Of a stretch of 64,000 bases of DNA, positions 50,571 through 60,165 are shown one piece after another (position 1 is the stretch's first letter; each line of letters begins with the position of its first letter). This stretch comes from Candidatus Spongiisociaceae bacterium (GTDB lineage: Bacteria; Actinomycetota; Acidimicrobiia; Spongiisociales; Spongiisociaceae). The stretch covers positions 2,304,001 through 2,368,000 of the forward strand of contig CBDCOH010000002.1 of assembly GCA_965219685.1 (NCBI GenBank), given 5' to 3'. The translations under genes were made by a program, and so were the position numbers. Under the pieces are notes generated by a model, which worked only from the letters and a program-made list of their open reading frames with translations, searched no databases and had not been told where the DNA came from.

Positions 50571-50794
50571 CGGTTCGGGTATCAAGTTTGCGCTGCGGGT
50601 GGCTCTTCACGAAATGGCAGCCCCGGGGTCCGAGTCCAGAACCAGGGGTATACCAGCTATAAATGCATAGTACAGCGTTGTGTAGCGTTCATAGAGTAGG
50701 GTCGCTTGTGGTCAGATCCCTTGGAACTACTCGTGTAGTTGTCGCTCGCGCTGAGGCACCGGCCAGTCGGGCAACTCCCGACACGTGCCGCCGG

Positions 50795-51517
50795 CTACTC
50801 GACCTCTCCCAGATATGCCTGGCGCATCTCGGGATTGGCCAGCAGATTGCGAGCGGTGTCGGCCAGGACGATCTGCCCGGTCTGGAGAACGTATCCGTAA
50901 TCGGCGATCGACAGTGCCATGCTTGCGTTCTGTTCGACCATGAACACCGTGGTACCAGCCGCGTTGATTCTCTGGATGAGTTCGAAGTTCTGGGCTACCA
51001 GGACGGGCGCCAAGCCCATGGACGGCTCGTCCATGAGCAGGACCTTGGGATCGGCCATCAGCGCTCGACCCACAGCGACCATCTGCTGCTCACCTCCGGA
51101 GAGAGTCCCGGCTCTCTGCGCCAAACGCTCCTTCAGCCTCGGGAACATGTGGAGTATCCGCTCGTAGTCGGCCGACGTGTCCTCTGTGCGAAGGTAGGCG
51201 CCGATTTCGAGGTTCTCCTTCACCGTCATGCGTTTGAAGAGTCGGCGGTTCTCGGGAACCATGGACACCCCCCTCGCCACTATCCGGGCGGTGCGCCACC
51301 CGTTGACCACTTCCCCGTCGATCAACACCTCTCCTGCTGTGGGTACGACCATGCCGAGGATGGTCTTGAGCGTGGTCGTCTTGCCGGAAGCGTTGCCACC
51401 CAGCAGGCAGACGATCTGTCCCTCGTGGATGGCCAGGTTGACATCCTTGAGGATGTGAACCGGCCCGTAGTGAGTGTGGACGTTGCGGAACTCGAGCATC
51501 GGACGGTCGGCCGCCAT
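50795..51517 (-). CDS. livF: Branched-chain amino acid ABC transporter ATPase
   Basis: GGNASGKTT, GTLSGGEQQM, MDEPSMGLAP. Confidence 0.93.
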   Translation of the reverse strand: MAADRPMLEFRNVHTHYGPVHILKDVNLAIHEGQIVCLLGGNASGKTTTLKTILGMVVPTAGEVLIDGEVVNGWRTARIVARGVSMVPENRRLFKRMTVKENLEIGAYLRTEDTSADYERILHMFPRLKERLAQRAGTLSGGEQQMVAVGRALMADPKVLLMDEPSMGLAPVLVAQNFELIQRINAAGTTVFMVEQNASMALSIADYGYVLQTGQIVLADTARNLLANPEMRQAYLGEVE

Positions 51518-52296
51518 CAGCGTATCTCCGCCGGGCGTCCGAGATACGCCTCGATAACCGCCTCGTTGCTGGACACCTCGTCGTAGGAGCCCTCGGCGAT
51601 CTTGACTCCGTGGTCGAGCACTATCACCCGGTCGCTCACATCTCGCACCACTCGCATATCGTGCTCGATCACTACCACGGTGAAGCCCCGCTCGTCACGG
51701 AGCTTGCGGATCAACCCTGTCAGTTCGGCTGTCTCTCGCGGGTTCATTCCTGCAACCGGTTCGTCGAGGAGGAGCAGCTTCGGCTCTGTCGCCATGGCCC
51801 TAGCGATCTCGAGGCGCCTCCGGTTGGCGTAGGAAAGCGATAGGGCCGGCTGGTCGAAACGGTATCCCACGAGCCTGGAGCCGAAGAAGCCGAGTATCTC
51901 CTCGGCGCGGGCTCTGATCTCCGCCTCCTCGCGACGCAGGAAGCGGGTACGGAGGATGGCGCGGAAGGCGCCCGCTCTGGTGCGGCAGTGCTGGGCCACC
52001 ATGACGTTCTCGAGAACGGTCATGTTGAGGAACAGCCGCACGTTCTGGAACGTGCGGGCGATTCCCGCCCGGGTGATCTCGCTCGACTCGAGCCCGATGA
52101 TGCTCTCCCCCTCGAAGAGTATCTCTCCCGAGTCCGGGGGGTAGAGTCCGGTCACCACGTTGAAGAACGATGTCTTGCCGGCACCATTGGGACCGATCAC
52201 CGACACTATCTCGCCGTCGGCAACCTGTAGGTTCACCCCGGCCAGCGCCTGCACACCCCCGAAGGACTTGTGCAGGTCGCTAATGTCCAGCATCAC
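51517..52296 (-). CDS. livG: Branched-chain amino acid ABC transporter ATPase
   Basis: GPNGAGKT, ARTFQNVRLF, LLDEPVAG, IEHDM. Confidence 0.93.
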   Translation of the reverse strand: MMLDISDLHKSFGGVQALAGVNLQVADGEIVSVIGPNGAGKTSFFNVVTGLYPPDSGEILFEGESIIGLESSEITRAGIARTFQNVRLFLNMTVLENVMVAQHCRTRAGAFRAILRTRFLRREEAEIRARAEEILGFFGSRLVGYRFDQPALSLSYANRRRLEIARAMATEPKLLLLDEPVAGMNPRETAELTGLIRKLRDERGFTVVVIEHDMRVVRDVSDRVIVLDHGVKIAEGSYDEVSSNEAVIEAYLGRPAEIR

Positions 52297-52298
52297 CG

Positions 52299-54059
52299 TC
52301 AGCCGCCCGCTCGCCCGTCACCCGCCGAGTCGGCGAACGCGCCGCCCTTGTCGAGCCAGGCGTCCTGAGTCAACTCGTCCGCATGCAACTCCCTTGTGCG
52401 ACGAACGCTCGGCAGCAGTCCCTCGGGCTTGCGCAGCATCATGAAGACCAGAAGAGCGCCATAGATCAGGAGCTTGAACTCGGCGAACTCCGCCAGCAGA
52501 CCCGGCAGATTGGGACCGCCCAGCACACCGATCAACACCACGGCGCCAACCGCCACCCCGGGGATATTCCCCATACCCCCGACGATCACCACGACCAGGA
52601 TGATGATCGACACCAGCAACTCGAACGAACTCGGGAAGACCGAACCGAGCTTGGCGGCAAACAGGGCGCCGGCGAACCCGGCCAGGATGGCACCCACGAT
52701 GAATGCGTTGAGCTTGGCTCGCACGATGTTTATGCCCATGGCCTCGGCCACGGTCTCGTCCTCCCGGAGGGCGGTCCAGGCCCGCCCGATGCGAGACTCC
52801 TGGAGCGACCACGAGATCCAAGCCGCCAGCATCACGAAGAACAGGGCGAAGTAGAGCACTCCCTCGGGTCCGACGCCGCTCACTTCGGTGAAACCCAGCG
52901 GGATGCCCGGGATGTTCTGTACCCCTTGCGCTCCCCCGAACGTAGGAGAAAGCCAGTCGGACAGGAACAGGATCCGCACTATCTCCCCGAAGCCGAGAGT
53001 GACGATGGCGAGGTAGTCGCCGCGCATCCGGATCACCGGAGTTCCAACCAGCAACCCCGCCAGCGCCGACATGAGGATGGCCACGGGCAGAGCCGCCCAC
53101 CACGACCACTCGAAGGCAAAGCGGGGCGATATAGGAGAGGTGAGCACCCCGACGGTGTAGGCACCCACCGCGAAGAAGGCGACGTAGCCGAGGTCCAGCA
53201 TCCCGGCCAGCCCCACCACGATGTTGAGCCCCAGCCCCATGAGCAGGAACAGCCCAACGTTGGCGAGCACCTCCGACAGCAGGCTGCCGAGGACCTGGGG
53301 AATGAAGATCAGGAACACCAGCACCACGACCGCCATCCATACCGAGTTGCGGGTGCGCTGCCTGGGATCCCCTGCGAACAGTCGCTGCCGTATCCTGCCC
53401 ATGCCGCCCCTCGTCCGCTCGGCGATGGCGCCGACGAGGAGCACCACCACCAGCGCCGCCCACCACTCGAGGGCTCTCAGCGTGAACACCCGGTCTGCCA
53501 CGACCTCCAGCCCGATCTGGCGAAGGATCTGGGAGAAAACCTGCTCGAGGAGCGCTACCACCACCACCCACTCCACTGCCAGGATCACCCGTCGCCGTCC
53601 CGAGGGTGACGGGAGGTGCATCAGACCGCCGACCAGTCCCAGCGCCGCCGGAACCAGCACCGTATACGGAAGACCGTCCGGGACCCCCGTACCGTAAGTG
53701 AGCAGACCGGCCAGCTTGACGGAGAACGGAACGAACACATCGCGCAGGTCGAAGGTGTCGATGATCACAGCGAACACCGCCAGTACCAACCCACCGAGGA
53801 GTCCGGATAGCGCCCCGGCTACGACATTGTGGAGACCCTTCGGCGGCGCCTCCAGGCCCTCGAGCACTGCCACGTTGGTGGATTGATATCCGGCGAGAGG
53901 GACGAACCATAGTAACAACAGGTAACCGAGGCTTAGGACGGGGTAGATGAGCAGCCGGTCCTCGAAGGCCTCCAGCATCCCCACCGCGGAGGTGAAGGTC
54001 ATGACACCCCCCGCGATCAGTCCCCAGCGGAACATCCTGCGAACGTCGATCCCGGTCAC
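52299..54059 (-). CDS. livM: Branched-chain amino acid ABC permease with extended N-terminal membrane region
   Basis: GLNIVVGLAGMLDLGYVAFFAVGAY, RMRGDYLAIVTLGFGEI. Confidence 0.92.
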   Translation of the reverse strand: MTGIDVRRMFRWGLIAGGVMTFTSAVGMLEAFEDRLLIYPVLSLGYLLLLWFVPLAGYQSTNVAVLEGLEAPPKGLHNVVAGALSGLLGGLVLAVFAVIIDTFDLRDVFVPFSVKLAGLLTYGTGVPDGLPYTVLVPAALGLVGGLMHLPSPSGRRRVILAVEWVVVVALLEQVFSQILRQIGLEVVADRVFTLRALEWWAALVVVLLVGAIAERTRGGMGRIRQRLFAGDPRQRTRNSVWMAVVVLVFLIFIPQVLGSLLSEVLANVGLFLLMGLGLNIVVGLAGMLDLGYVAFFAVGAYTVGVLTSPISPRFAFEWSWWAALPVAILMSALAGLLVGTPVIRMRGDYLAIVTLGFGEIVRILFLSDWLSPTFGGAQGVQNIPGIPLGFTEVSGVGPEGVLYFALFFVMLAAWISWSLQESRIGRAWTALREDETVAEAMGINIVRAKLNAFIVGAILAGFAGALFAAKLGSVFPSSFELLVSIIILVVVIVGGMGNIPGVAVGAVVLIGVLGGPNLPGLLAEFAEFKLLIYGALLVFMMLRKPEGLLPSVRRTRELHADELTQDAWLDKGGAFADSAGDGRAGG

Positions 54060-55153
54060 GCCCGATCCTCCGCGGAGAGGCGCTCACCGAACAGACCCGA
54101 GGGCTTGAAGATCAGTACGAGTACCAGTGCCGTGAAAGCGACCACGTCCTTCAATTGGGACACACCGGGTATACCGAAGCCGGCCAGCACGAGTTGTGGA
54201 CCAACTCCCTCGAACAGACCCAGCAGCACACCCCCCGCCATCGCCCCTCCGAGGTTCCCGATTCCTCCCAGCACCGCAGCGGTGAATGCCTTGATCCCTG
54301 GTAGGAAGCCGGTGATGAAGGACACGCCGCGGAACAGCAGCGCCCACAAGGTGCCGGCCACCCCGGCCATCGCCCCTCCCACGGCGAAGGTGGCGACGAT
54401 GGTTCGGTCCACATTGATCCCCATCAACGCGGCGATCTCCTTGTCCTCCGCCACCGCTCTTATCGACCGGCCGGTCCGGGTCTTCTCGACGAACAGGTAC
54501 AGGCCGATCATCGTCACGACCGCCACCACGATGACAGCCAGCTTGGTGCCCTCGATTGCAAGATTCAGGAACCCGATCCGAGCCCTCAGGGCTTCGGGGG
54601 GCGGGGGATAATTCTTCACCGCCACCCCGAACAGGCCGGCGAAGGTGTACTGGAGGAAGAACGAGATGCCTATCGAAGTGATGAGGGGGATGAGGCGTGG
54701 CGCGCCCCGGAGAGGCCGGTACGCAACCCGCTCCACGATCACTGCCACCAAGGTGGAGGTCAGGATCGACGAGAGCAGCACCAGCAGGATGGATAGGACG
54801 AAGTTGGTGTCCCAGAACCGGATGTCCCAGAGGTAGTTGGCCACGAAGAAGCCCACCATCCCTCCCGACATGAACACCTCGCCATGGGCGAAGTTGATGA
54901 AGCCCAGAACGCCGTACACCATCGAGTAGCCAAGGGCGATCAGACCGTACATGGCGCCTTGGGCGATCCCCGCCACGACGAGATCGCGCCAGGCTTCTCC
55001 GGTCGGGCCCTCACCGTTGATACCTTGAACGACGGTTCCCGCGATCCCCCAGATCAGCAGCACTATCGCCGCGACCCGCACGACCAGGAGGAAGGAGTCG
55101 ACCCAGCCCGGCCTTCTTCGCCGTGACGAAGGGGTGGCGGCGGCTGAGGTCAT
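54056..55153 (-). CDS. livH: Branched-chain amino acid ABC permease
   Basis: YGLIALGYSMVYG..FINFAHGE, KAFTAAVLGGIG. Confidence 0.93.
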   Translation of the reverse strand: MTSAAATPSSRRRRPGWVDSFLLVVRVAAIVLLIWGIAGTVVQGINGEGPTGEAWRDLVVAGIAQGAMYGLIALGYSMVYGVLGFINFAHGEVFMSGGMVGFFVANYLWDIRFWDTNFVLSILLVLLSSILTSTLVAVIVERVAYRPLRGAPRLIPLITSIGISFFLQYTFAGLFGVAVKNYPPPPEALRARIGFLNLAIEGTKLAVIVVAVVTMIGLYLFVEKTRTGRSIRAVAEDKEIAALMGINVDRTIVATFAVGGAMAGVAGTLWALLFRGVSFITGFLPGIKAFTAAVLGGIGNLGGAMAGGVLLGLFEGVGPQLVLAGFGIPGVSQLKDVVAFTALVLVLIFKPSGLFGERLSAEDRA

Positions 55154-55169
55154 GGCCTGACTCTAGTTA

Positions 55170-55389
55170 CCGGTGGCTGAAGGCTTATGGATGGTGTGGG
55201 GCCCGTTGCCCGTGGGTGGTGGGTGGTGAGGTCCGTTGTCCGTTGTCCGTGTGTGGTGGCTCGTGGTTGGTGGCTGGTGGTAGTGTGTATTGTTCGTCAC
55301 CATTCACCATTCACCATTCACCATTCACCATTCACCAATCACCAATCACCAATCACCAATCACCAATCACCAATCACCAATCACCAATC
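55170..55389. repeat. Bipartite heptamer element: degenerate G/T units then (TCACCAT)x5(TCACCAA)x8
   Basis: The C/A array abuts the stop codon of the minus-strand binding-protein gene. Confidence 0.9.
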
Positions 55390-56679
55390 TCACGGCGCGA
55401 AATCGAACACTACGTTGTTCTTGCCGACCTCGATGTTGCGCGGATCGGTGTTGTAGAGAACCGTAATCCGCTGCGAACCGCAGTCTCCGTACTCGTCGCA
55501 GCTTATCGGCCCGATGATCCCGTCGAAGGTGGACCGATCTATCTCATCGCGCAACTCCTGGCGGTCGATGTAGAGTGTCGCGTCAATCTCGACCGCCACC
55601 CGTTCGATCGCTCTCAGCAACATCACCGTCGCGTCGTAGGCGTGTCCCCAGTACCCGCCGGAGGGCTCCTCACCGTACGATTCCACGTACTCGGCCAGGA
55701 GGCTTTCCGCTGTCCTTCCGGTCACGCTGTTCCGATTGGAACCGAAACGCAGGTCCGGCCCCGATATGTAAACACCTTCCGACTCGGCCAACTCCATGAA
55801 GTTATCCACCAGCAAGGCCGCGGACACGATGAGCTTCACATCCTCGAGACCGGCCACGCTGCCCACCTGCTGGACGACAAAGCCGCCTTCGGGCATGAAG
55901 ATCGGGAAGAACACGGCTTCGGGATTACCCGCGGCAACCTCGGTCAGAACCGCGATCATGTCGGTGTCGCCCTTGTTCACCGCGGTGAACGCGGTCATCT
56001 CGCCGCCCAGGTCCTCGAAGGCCTCCCTGAACGCCTCGCTCAAACCCTGCGTGTACGGATCACCGTCATGGATCGCGGCTGCCCGGGCGAAGCCCAGTTC
56101 GTTGCGCACGAACAGCGCCACCGCCCGACCCTGAAACAGATCGTTGTGAGAAACCCGGTAGTAACCGGGCTGGTAGGCGGAACCCGGCGTCCCCGCCAGA
56201 TCCGATGTCAAGGCCGGAGACGTGTTCGACGGTGCGATCATGACCATGCCCGCATCCGAGATCAGGGGTGCCGCCGCAACCGCCGCGGCCGAACAGGTCG
56301 TGCCGATGACGCCTACGACGCTCGGATCGGCCACGACCGTCTGGGCAGCTGCCTGTCCGCCGTCCGGCGAACAGAGATCGTCGAGAGGTGTCCCCATGGT
56401 CACGGAACGACCGGCGACCGTCCCGTAGTCAGCGAGCGCGAGCTCGACACCACGCTGATTGGGAGTTCCCAGGGAAGCGACGTCGCCGGTTATGGAATTG
56501 AGCGATCGGATCTGTATCTCCTCGCCCGGACGCACCTCTACCGCGCCGAGCGGCCCCGGCTCAAACTCCTCGACGAGATCCGGCGGCGCTTGCTCCCCGC
56601 TGCAGCCAAGCGTGCCCAGCAACAAGCACAGCCAGACGAGACCGATCCCACGCACGCCGAAACTCCTCCCGATGCTCAT
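55390..56679 (-). CDS. Branched-chain amino acid ABC substrate-binding lipoprotein
   Basis: TLGC lipobox; DDLCSPDGG, VIGTTCS, PSNTSPALT, HAYDA. Confidence 0.9.
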   Translation of the reverse strand: MSIGRSFGVRGIGLVWLCLLLGTLGCSGEQAPPDLVEEFEPGPLGAVEVRPGEEIQIRSLNSITGDVASLGTPNQRGVELALADYGTVAGRSVTMGTPLDDLCSPDGGQAAAQTVVADPSVVGVIGTTCSAAAVAAAPLISDAGMVMIAPSNTSPALTSDLAGTPGSAYQPGYYRVSHNDLFQGRAVALFVRNELGFARAAAIHDGDPYTQGLSEAFREAFEDLGGEMTAFTAVNKGDTDMIAVLTEVAAGNPEAVFFPIFMPEGGFVVQQVGSVAGLEDVKLIVSAALLVDNFMELAESEGVYISGPDLRFGSNRNSVTGRTAESLLAEYVESYGEEPSGGYWGHAYDATVMLLRAIERVAVEIDATLYIDRQELRDEIDRSTFDGIIGPISCDEYGDCGSQRITVLYNTDPRNIEVGKNNVVFDFAP

Positions 56680-56760
56680 CGAACCCGCCAATCCCGGAGC
56701 CCGTGATCAGCGTACTCGCTATACCGCTGGTCACCGATCACCGGCTACTCACGATTGGCT

Positions 56761-59259
56761 TCAGGGCGCGTAGCCGAAGACGACGTTGTTCTTACCGGCT
56801 TCGATATCGCGAGAGTCGGTGTGGAGGACAACCGTTATCAACTGCGAACCGCAGTCACCGTACTCATCACAGGTGATCGAACCGATGATCCCGTCGAAGC
56901 TCGAACCCGACAACTCCTCACGCAGAGCCGCACGATCGATATAGAGCGTCCCCTCCACCTCGACCGCCACCCGATCGATCGCCCTCAACAGCATCGTCGC
57001 AGCGTCATAAGCATGAGCCCAGAACGCCGCCGACGGCGCCTCCCCATAGGCCGCGTCATACGCCGCCAGGAAATCATCAGCGCTCTTGCCCGTGATGCTG
57101 TTCCGGTTCGACCCGAACCTCAGATCCGGTCCCGACATATACACACCCTCGGACTCGGGCAACTCCATGAAGTTATCCGTCAACAACCCATCCGCCGCGA
57201 TCAACGTCACCCCGTCGAGGCCGGCCACACCGCCCACCTGCTGAACGATGAAACCACCCTCCGGCATGAAAATCGGGAAAAACAACGCCTGGGGATTACC
57301 CGCGGCAACCTCGGTCAATACCGCAGTCATATCGGTATCACCCTTGTTCACCGCCGTGAACGTCGTCACCTCACCACCCAACTCCCCGAACGCATCCGCG
57401 AACGCCTGCGCCAACCCCTGGGTATACGGATCACCATCGTGAATCGCCGCAGCCTTGCTCAAACCCAGTTCGTTACGCACGAACAACGCCACCGCCCGAC
57501 CCTGGAACAGATCGTTGTGAGCAGTCCGGTAATAGCCAGGCTGGTAAGCCGTACCCGGCGTCCCCGCCAGATCCGACGTCAAAGCCGGAGACGTGTTCGA
57601 AGGCGAGATCATCACCATCCCCGCATTGGAGATCAACGGCGAAGCCGCCACCGCCGCACCCGAACACGACGTCCCGATCACACCCACCACAGAGGGATCA
57701 GCCACGATCGTCTGCGCCGAAGCCTGGCCACCATCAGGCGAACACAAATCATCCAACCCCGTGCCCAACGACACACTCCGACCCGCGACAGGCCCGTAAT
57801 CAGCAATCGCCAACTCCACGCCACGCTGATTCGGAATACCCAAGAAAGCAACATCCCCCGTAATCGCATTCAACGACCGGATCTGGATCTCCTCACCCGA
57901 ACCAACCTCAACCGCACCCAACGCACCCTCCGTGAACTCGCTCACCATCGGCGCGGTGGGCCCAAAGCCGAAGACGACGTTGTTCTTACCGGCTTCGATA
58001 TCGCGAGAGTCGGTGTGGAGGACAACCGTTATCAACTGCGAACCGCAGTCACCGTACTCATCACAGGTGATCGAACCGATGATCCCGTCGAAGCTCGAAC
58101 CCGACAACTCCTCACGCAGAGCCGCACGATCGATATAGAGCGTCCCCTCCACCTCGACCGCCACCCGATCGATCGCCCTCAACAGCATCGTCGCAGCGTC
58201 ATAAGCATGAGCCCAGAACGCCGCCGACGGCGCCTCCCCATAGGCCGCGTCATACGCCGCCAGGAAATCATCAGCGCTCTTGCCCGTGATGCTGTTCCGG
58301 TTCGACCCGAACCTCAGATCCGGTCCCGACATATACACACCCTCGGACTCGGGCAACTCCATGAAGTTATCCGTCAACAACCCATCCGCCGCGATCAACG
58401 TCACCCCGTCGAGGCCGGCCACACCGCCCACCTGCTGAACGATGAAACCACCCTCCGGCATGAAAATCGGGAAAAACAACGCCTGGGGATTACCCGCGGC
58501 AACCTCGGTCAATACCGCAGTCATATCGGTATCACCCTTGTTCACCGCCGTGAACGTCGTCACCTCACCACCCAACTCCCCGAACGCATCCGCGAACGCC
58601 TGCGCCAACCCCTGGGTATACGGATCACCATCGTGAATCGCCGCAGCCTTGCTCAAACCCAGTTCGTTACGCACGAACAACGCCACCGCCCGACCCTGGA
58701 ACAGATCGTTGTGAGCAGTCCGGTAATAGCCAGGCTGGTAAGCCGTACCCGGCGTCCCCGCCAGATCCGACGTCAAAGCCGGAGACGTGTTCGAAGGCGA
58801 GATCATCACCATCCCCGCATTGGAGATCAACGGCGAAGCCGCCACCGCCGCACCCGAACACGACGTCCCGATCACACCCACCACAGAGGGATCAGCCACG
58901 ATCGTCTGCGCCGAAGCCTGGCCACCATCAGGCGAACACAAATCATCCAACCCCGTGCCCAACGACACACTCCGACCCGCGACAGGCCCGTAATCAGCAA
59001 TCGCCAACTCCACGCCACGCTGATTCGGAATACCCAAGAAAGCAACATCCCCCGTAATCGCATTCAACGACCGGATCTGGATCTCCTCACCCGAACCAAC
59101 CTCAACCGCACCCAACGCACCAGCGGTGAACTCCTCGGCTTCCGTCGGGCGCTCGGTTGTAGCTACCTCAGGCTGAGTGTCCGGCGCGGTCTCATCCCCG
59201 TCGCCGCACGCTGCGGCAACCAGCACCAGACACAGCATCAAGATTCTCAACGTCCGCAT
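56761..59259 (-). CDS. Double-domain branched-chain amino acid ABC substrate-binding lipoprotein
   Basis: AAAC lipobox; two identical ~385-aa LivK-like domains. Confidence 0.88.
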   Translation of the reverse strand: MRTLRILMLCLVLVAAACGDGDETAPDTQPEVATTERPTEAEEFTAGALGAVEVGSGEEIQIRSLNAITGDVAFLGIPNQRGVELAIADYGPVAGRSVSLGTGLDDLCSPDGGQASAQTIVADPSVVGVIGTSCSGAAVAASPLISNAGMVMISPSNTSPALTSDLAGTPGTAYQPGYYRTAHNDLFQGRAVALFVRNELGLSKAAAIHDGDPYTQGLAQAFADAFGELGGEVTTFTAVNKGDTDMTAVLTEVAAGNPQALFFPIFMPEGGFIVQQVGGVAGLDGVTLIAADGLLTDNFMELPESEGVYMSGPDLRFGSNRNSITGKSADDFLAAYDAAYGEAPSAAFWAHAYDAATMLLRAIDRVAVEVEGTLYIDRAALREELSGSSFDGIIGSITCDEYGDCGSQLITVVLHTDSRDIEAGKNNVVFGFGPTAPMVSEFTEGALGAVEVGSGEEIQIRSLNAITGDVAFLGIPNQRGVELAIADYGPVAGRSVSLGTGLDDLCSPDGGQASAQTIVADPSVVGVIGTSCSGAAVAASPLISNAGMVMISPSNTSPALTSDLAGTPGTAYQPGYYRTAHNDLFQGRAVALFVRNELGLSKAAAIHDGDPYTQGLAQAFADAFGELGGEVTTFTAVNKGDTDMTAVLTEVAAGNPQALFFPIFMPEGGFIVQQVGGVAGLDGVTLIAADGLLTDNFMELPESEGVYMSGPDLRFGSNRNSITGKSADDFLAAYDAAYGEAPSAAFWAHAYDAATMLLRAIDRVAVEVEGTLYIDRAALREELSGSSFDGIIGSITCDEYGDCGSQLITVVLHTDSRDIEAGKNNVVFGYAP
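56772..59121. repeat. Tandem duplication 56772..57927 = 57966..59121 (period 1194 bp)
   Basis: Identical by eye; the ORF track shows identical shadow ORFs 1194 bp apart. Confidence 0.95.
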
Positions 59260-59385
59260 GAAATCTCCCCTTCCTCATAATCCCGAACTCGGTGGTCAAA
59301 GGGTTCTTCCGGGCCACCTTACCCAGCGTGTTGGAGGAGTCGCCTCGGATCAGAACCCGGCTCCAGAATAGCCAGGACCCCAGTG

Positions 59386-60165
59386 CTAGGACGGGAAAAC
59401 CAACGTGGACCCCGGCTTGCGTCGTGCCGAGGTAGTGCAGCGCCGGATCCTGAGAACCTCGAAGCAGGCGAGAGCCGCGGCTACACCCGCGTTCAGGTTG
59501 GACGCACCAGCAGCCATTGGAATCGAGACCACCGTGTCGAGACGCTCCCTTACGAGCCGACCCAAGCCTCTTGCCTCCGACCCTACGAAGAGCGCTACCG
59601 GCTCGGTCAGCAGACCGAGACCGAAAAGCGGCTCGGGCGCGGAAGGGTCGAGTCCCACCGTCCAGACCCCGGCGGCGGAGGCCCGCTGGGCCGCCACCGC
59701 CACCGATGACACAGACGACACCGGGATTTGTTCCAGGGCCCCGGCCGCAGCTTTGAAGGTCAGGGCCGAGAGCGGCGCCGCCCGCCGGCGCGGAACCACC
59801 ATTCCCGTCATCCCGGCGGCCAGGGCCGAGCGGGCGATCGCGCCGACGTTACGTGGATCCTCGAGATGGTCCAGAACCAGCAGGGAAGGTGGGTCCTCGT
59901 CGCTACCGGTAAGCAGGCGGTCGAGGGGCACGAGGCGGATGGGACGAGCCTTCGCTACCAGACCCTGGTGCGCCTCGGTCTCCGCCATGTTGGCCACACT
60001 GTCCAGTAGCTGCACGTCGGCGCCCGACCGGCGCGCCTCCTGCACCAAGCGCTCGACGTCCCGGCGAGTTCGCTCCACGTACAGCACCTGCACCCGGCGA
60101 GCGGCCAGGGCGGCCCGGACCGCCTGGACCCCTTCGACCCTACCTCCTATACCAGCGGCTGCCAT
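59386..60165 (-). CDS. rlmB: 23S rRNA methyltransferase RlmB (TrmH family)
   Basis: LDHLEDPRNVGAIARSA, VGSEARGL, SIPM..SNLNAGVA; follows cysS. Confidence 0.9.
   Translation of the reverse strand: MAAAGIGGRVEGVQAVRAALAARRVQVLYVERTRRDVERLVQEARRSGADVQLLDSVANMAETEAHQGLVAKARPIRLVPLDRLLTGSDEDPPSLLVLDHLEDPRNVGAIARSALAAGMTGMVVPRRRAAPLSALTFKAAAGALEQIPVSSVSSVAVAAQRASAAGVWTVGLDPSAPEPLFGLGLLTEPVALFVGSEARGLGRLVRERLDTVVSIPMAAGASNLNAGVAAALACFEVLRIRRCTTSARRKPGSTLVFPS

Noticed and set aside
50620-50790. AT-richer spacer with small hairpins after livF as a possible sRNA
   Set aside because: Only short stems and no recognisable motif; insufficient support.
56755-59280. 841-aa plus-strand ORF and other long antisense ORFs (e.g. 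23766..25250, 26978..28804, 16902..18629)
   Set aside because: Shadow ORFs opposite well-supported genes in GC-rich DNA, with no recognisable motifs.
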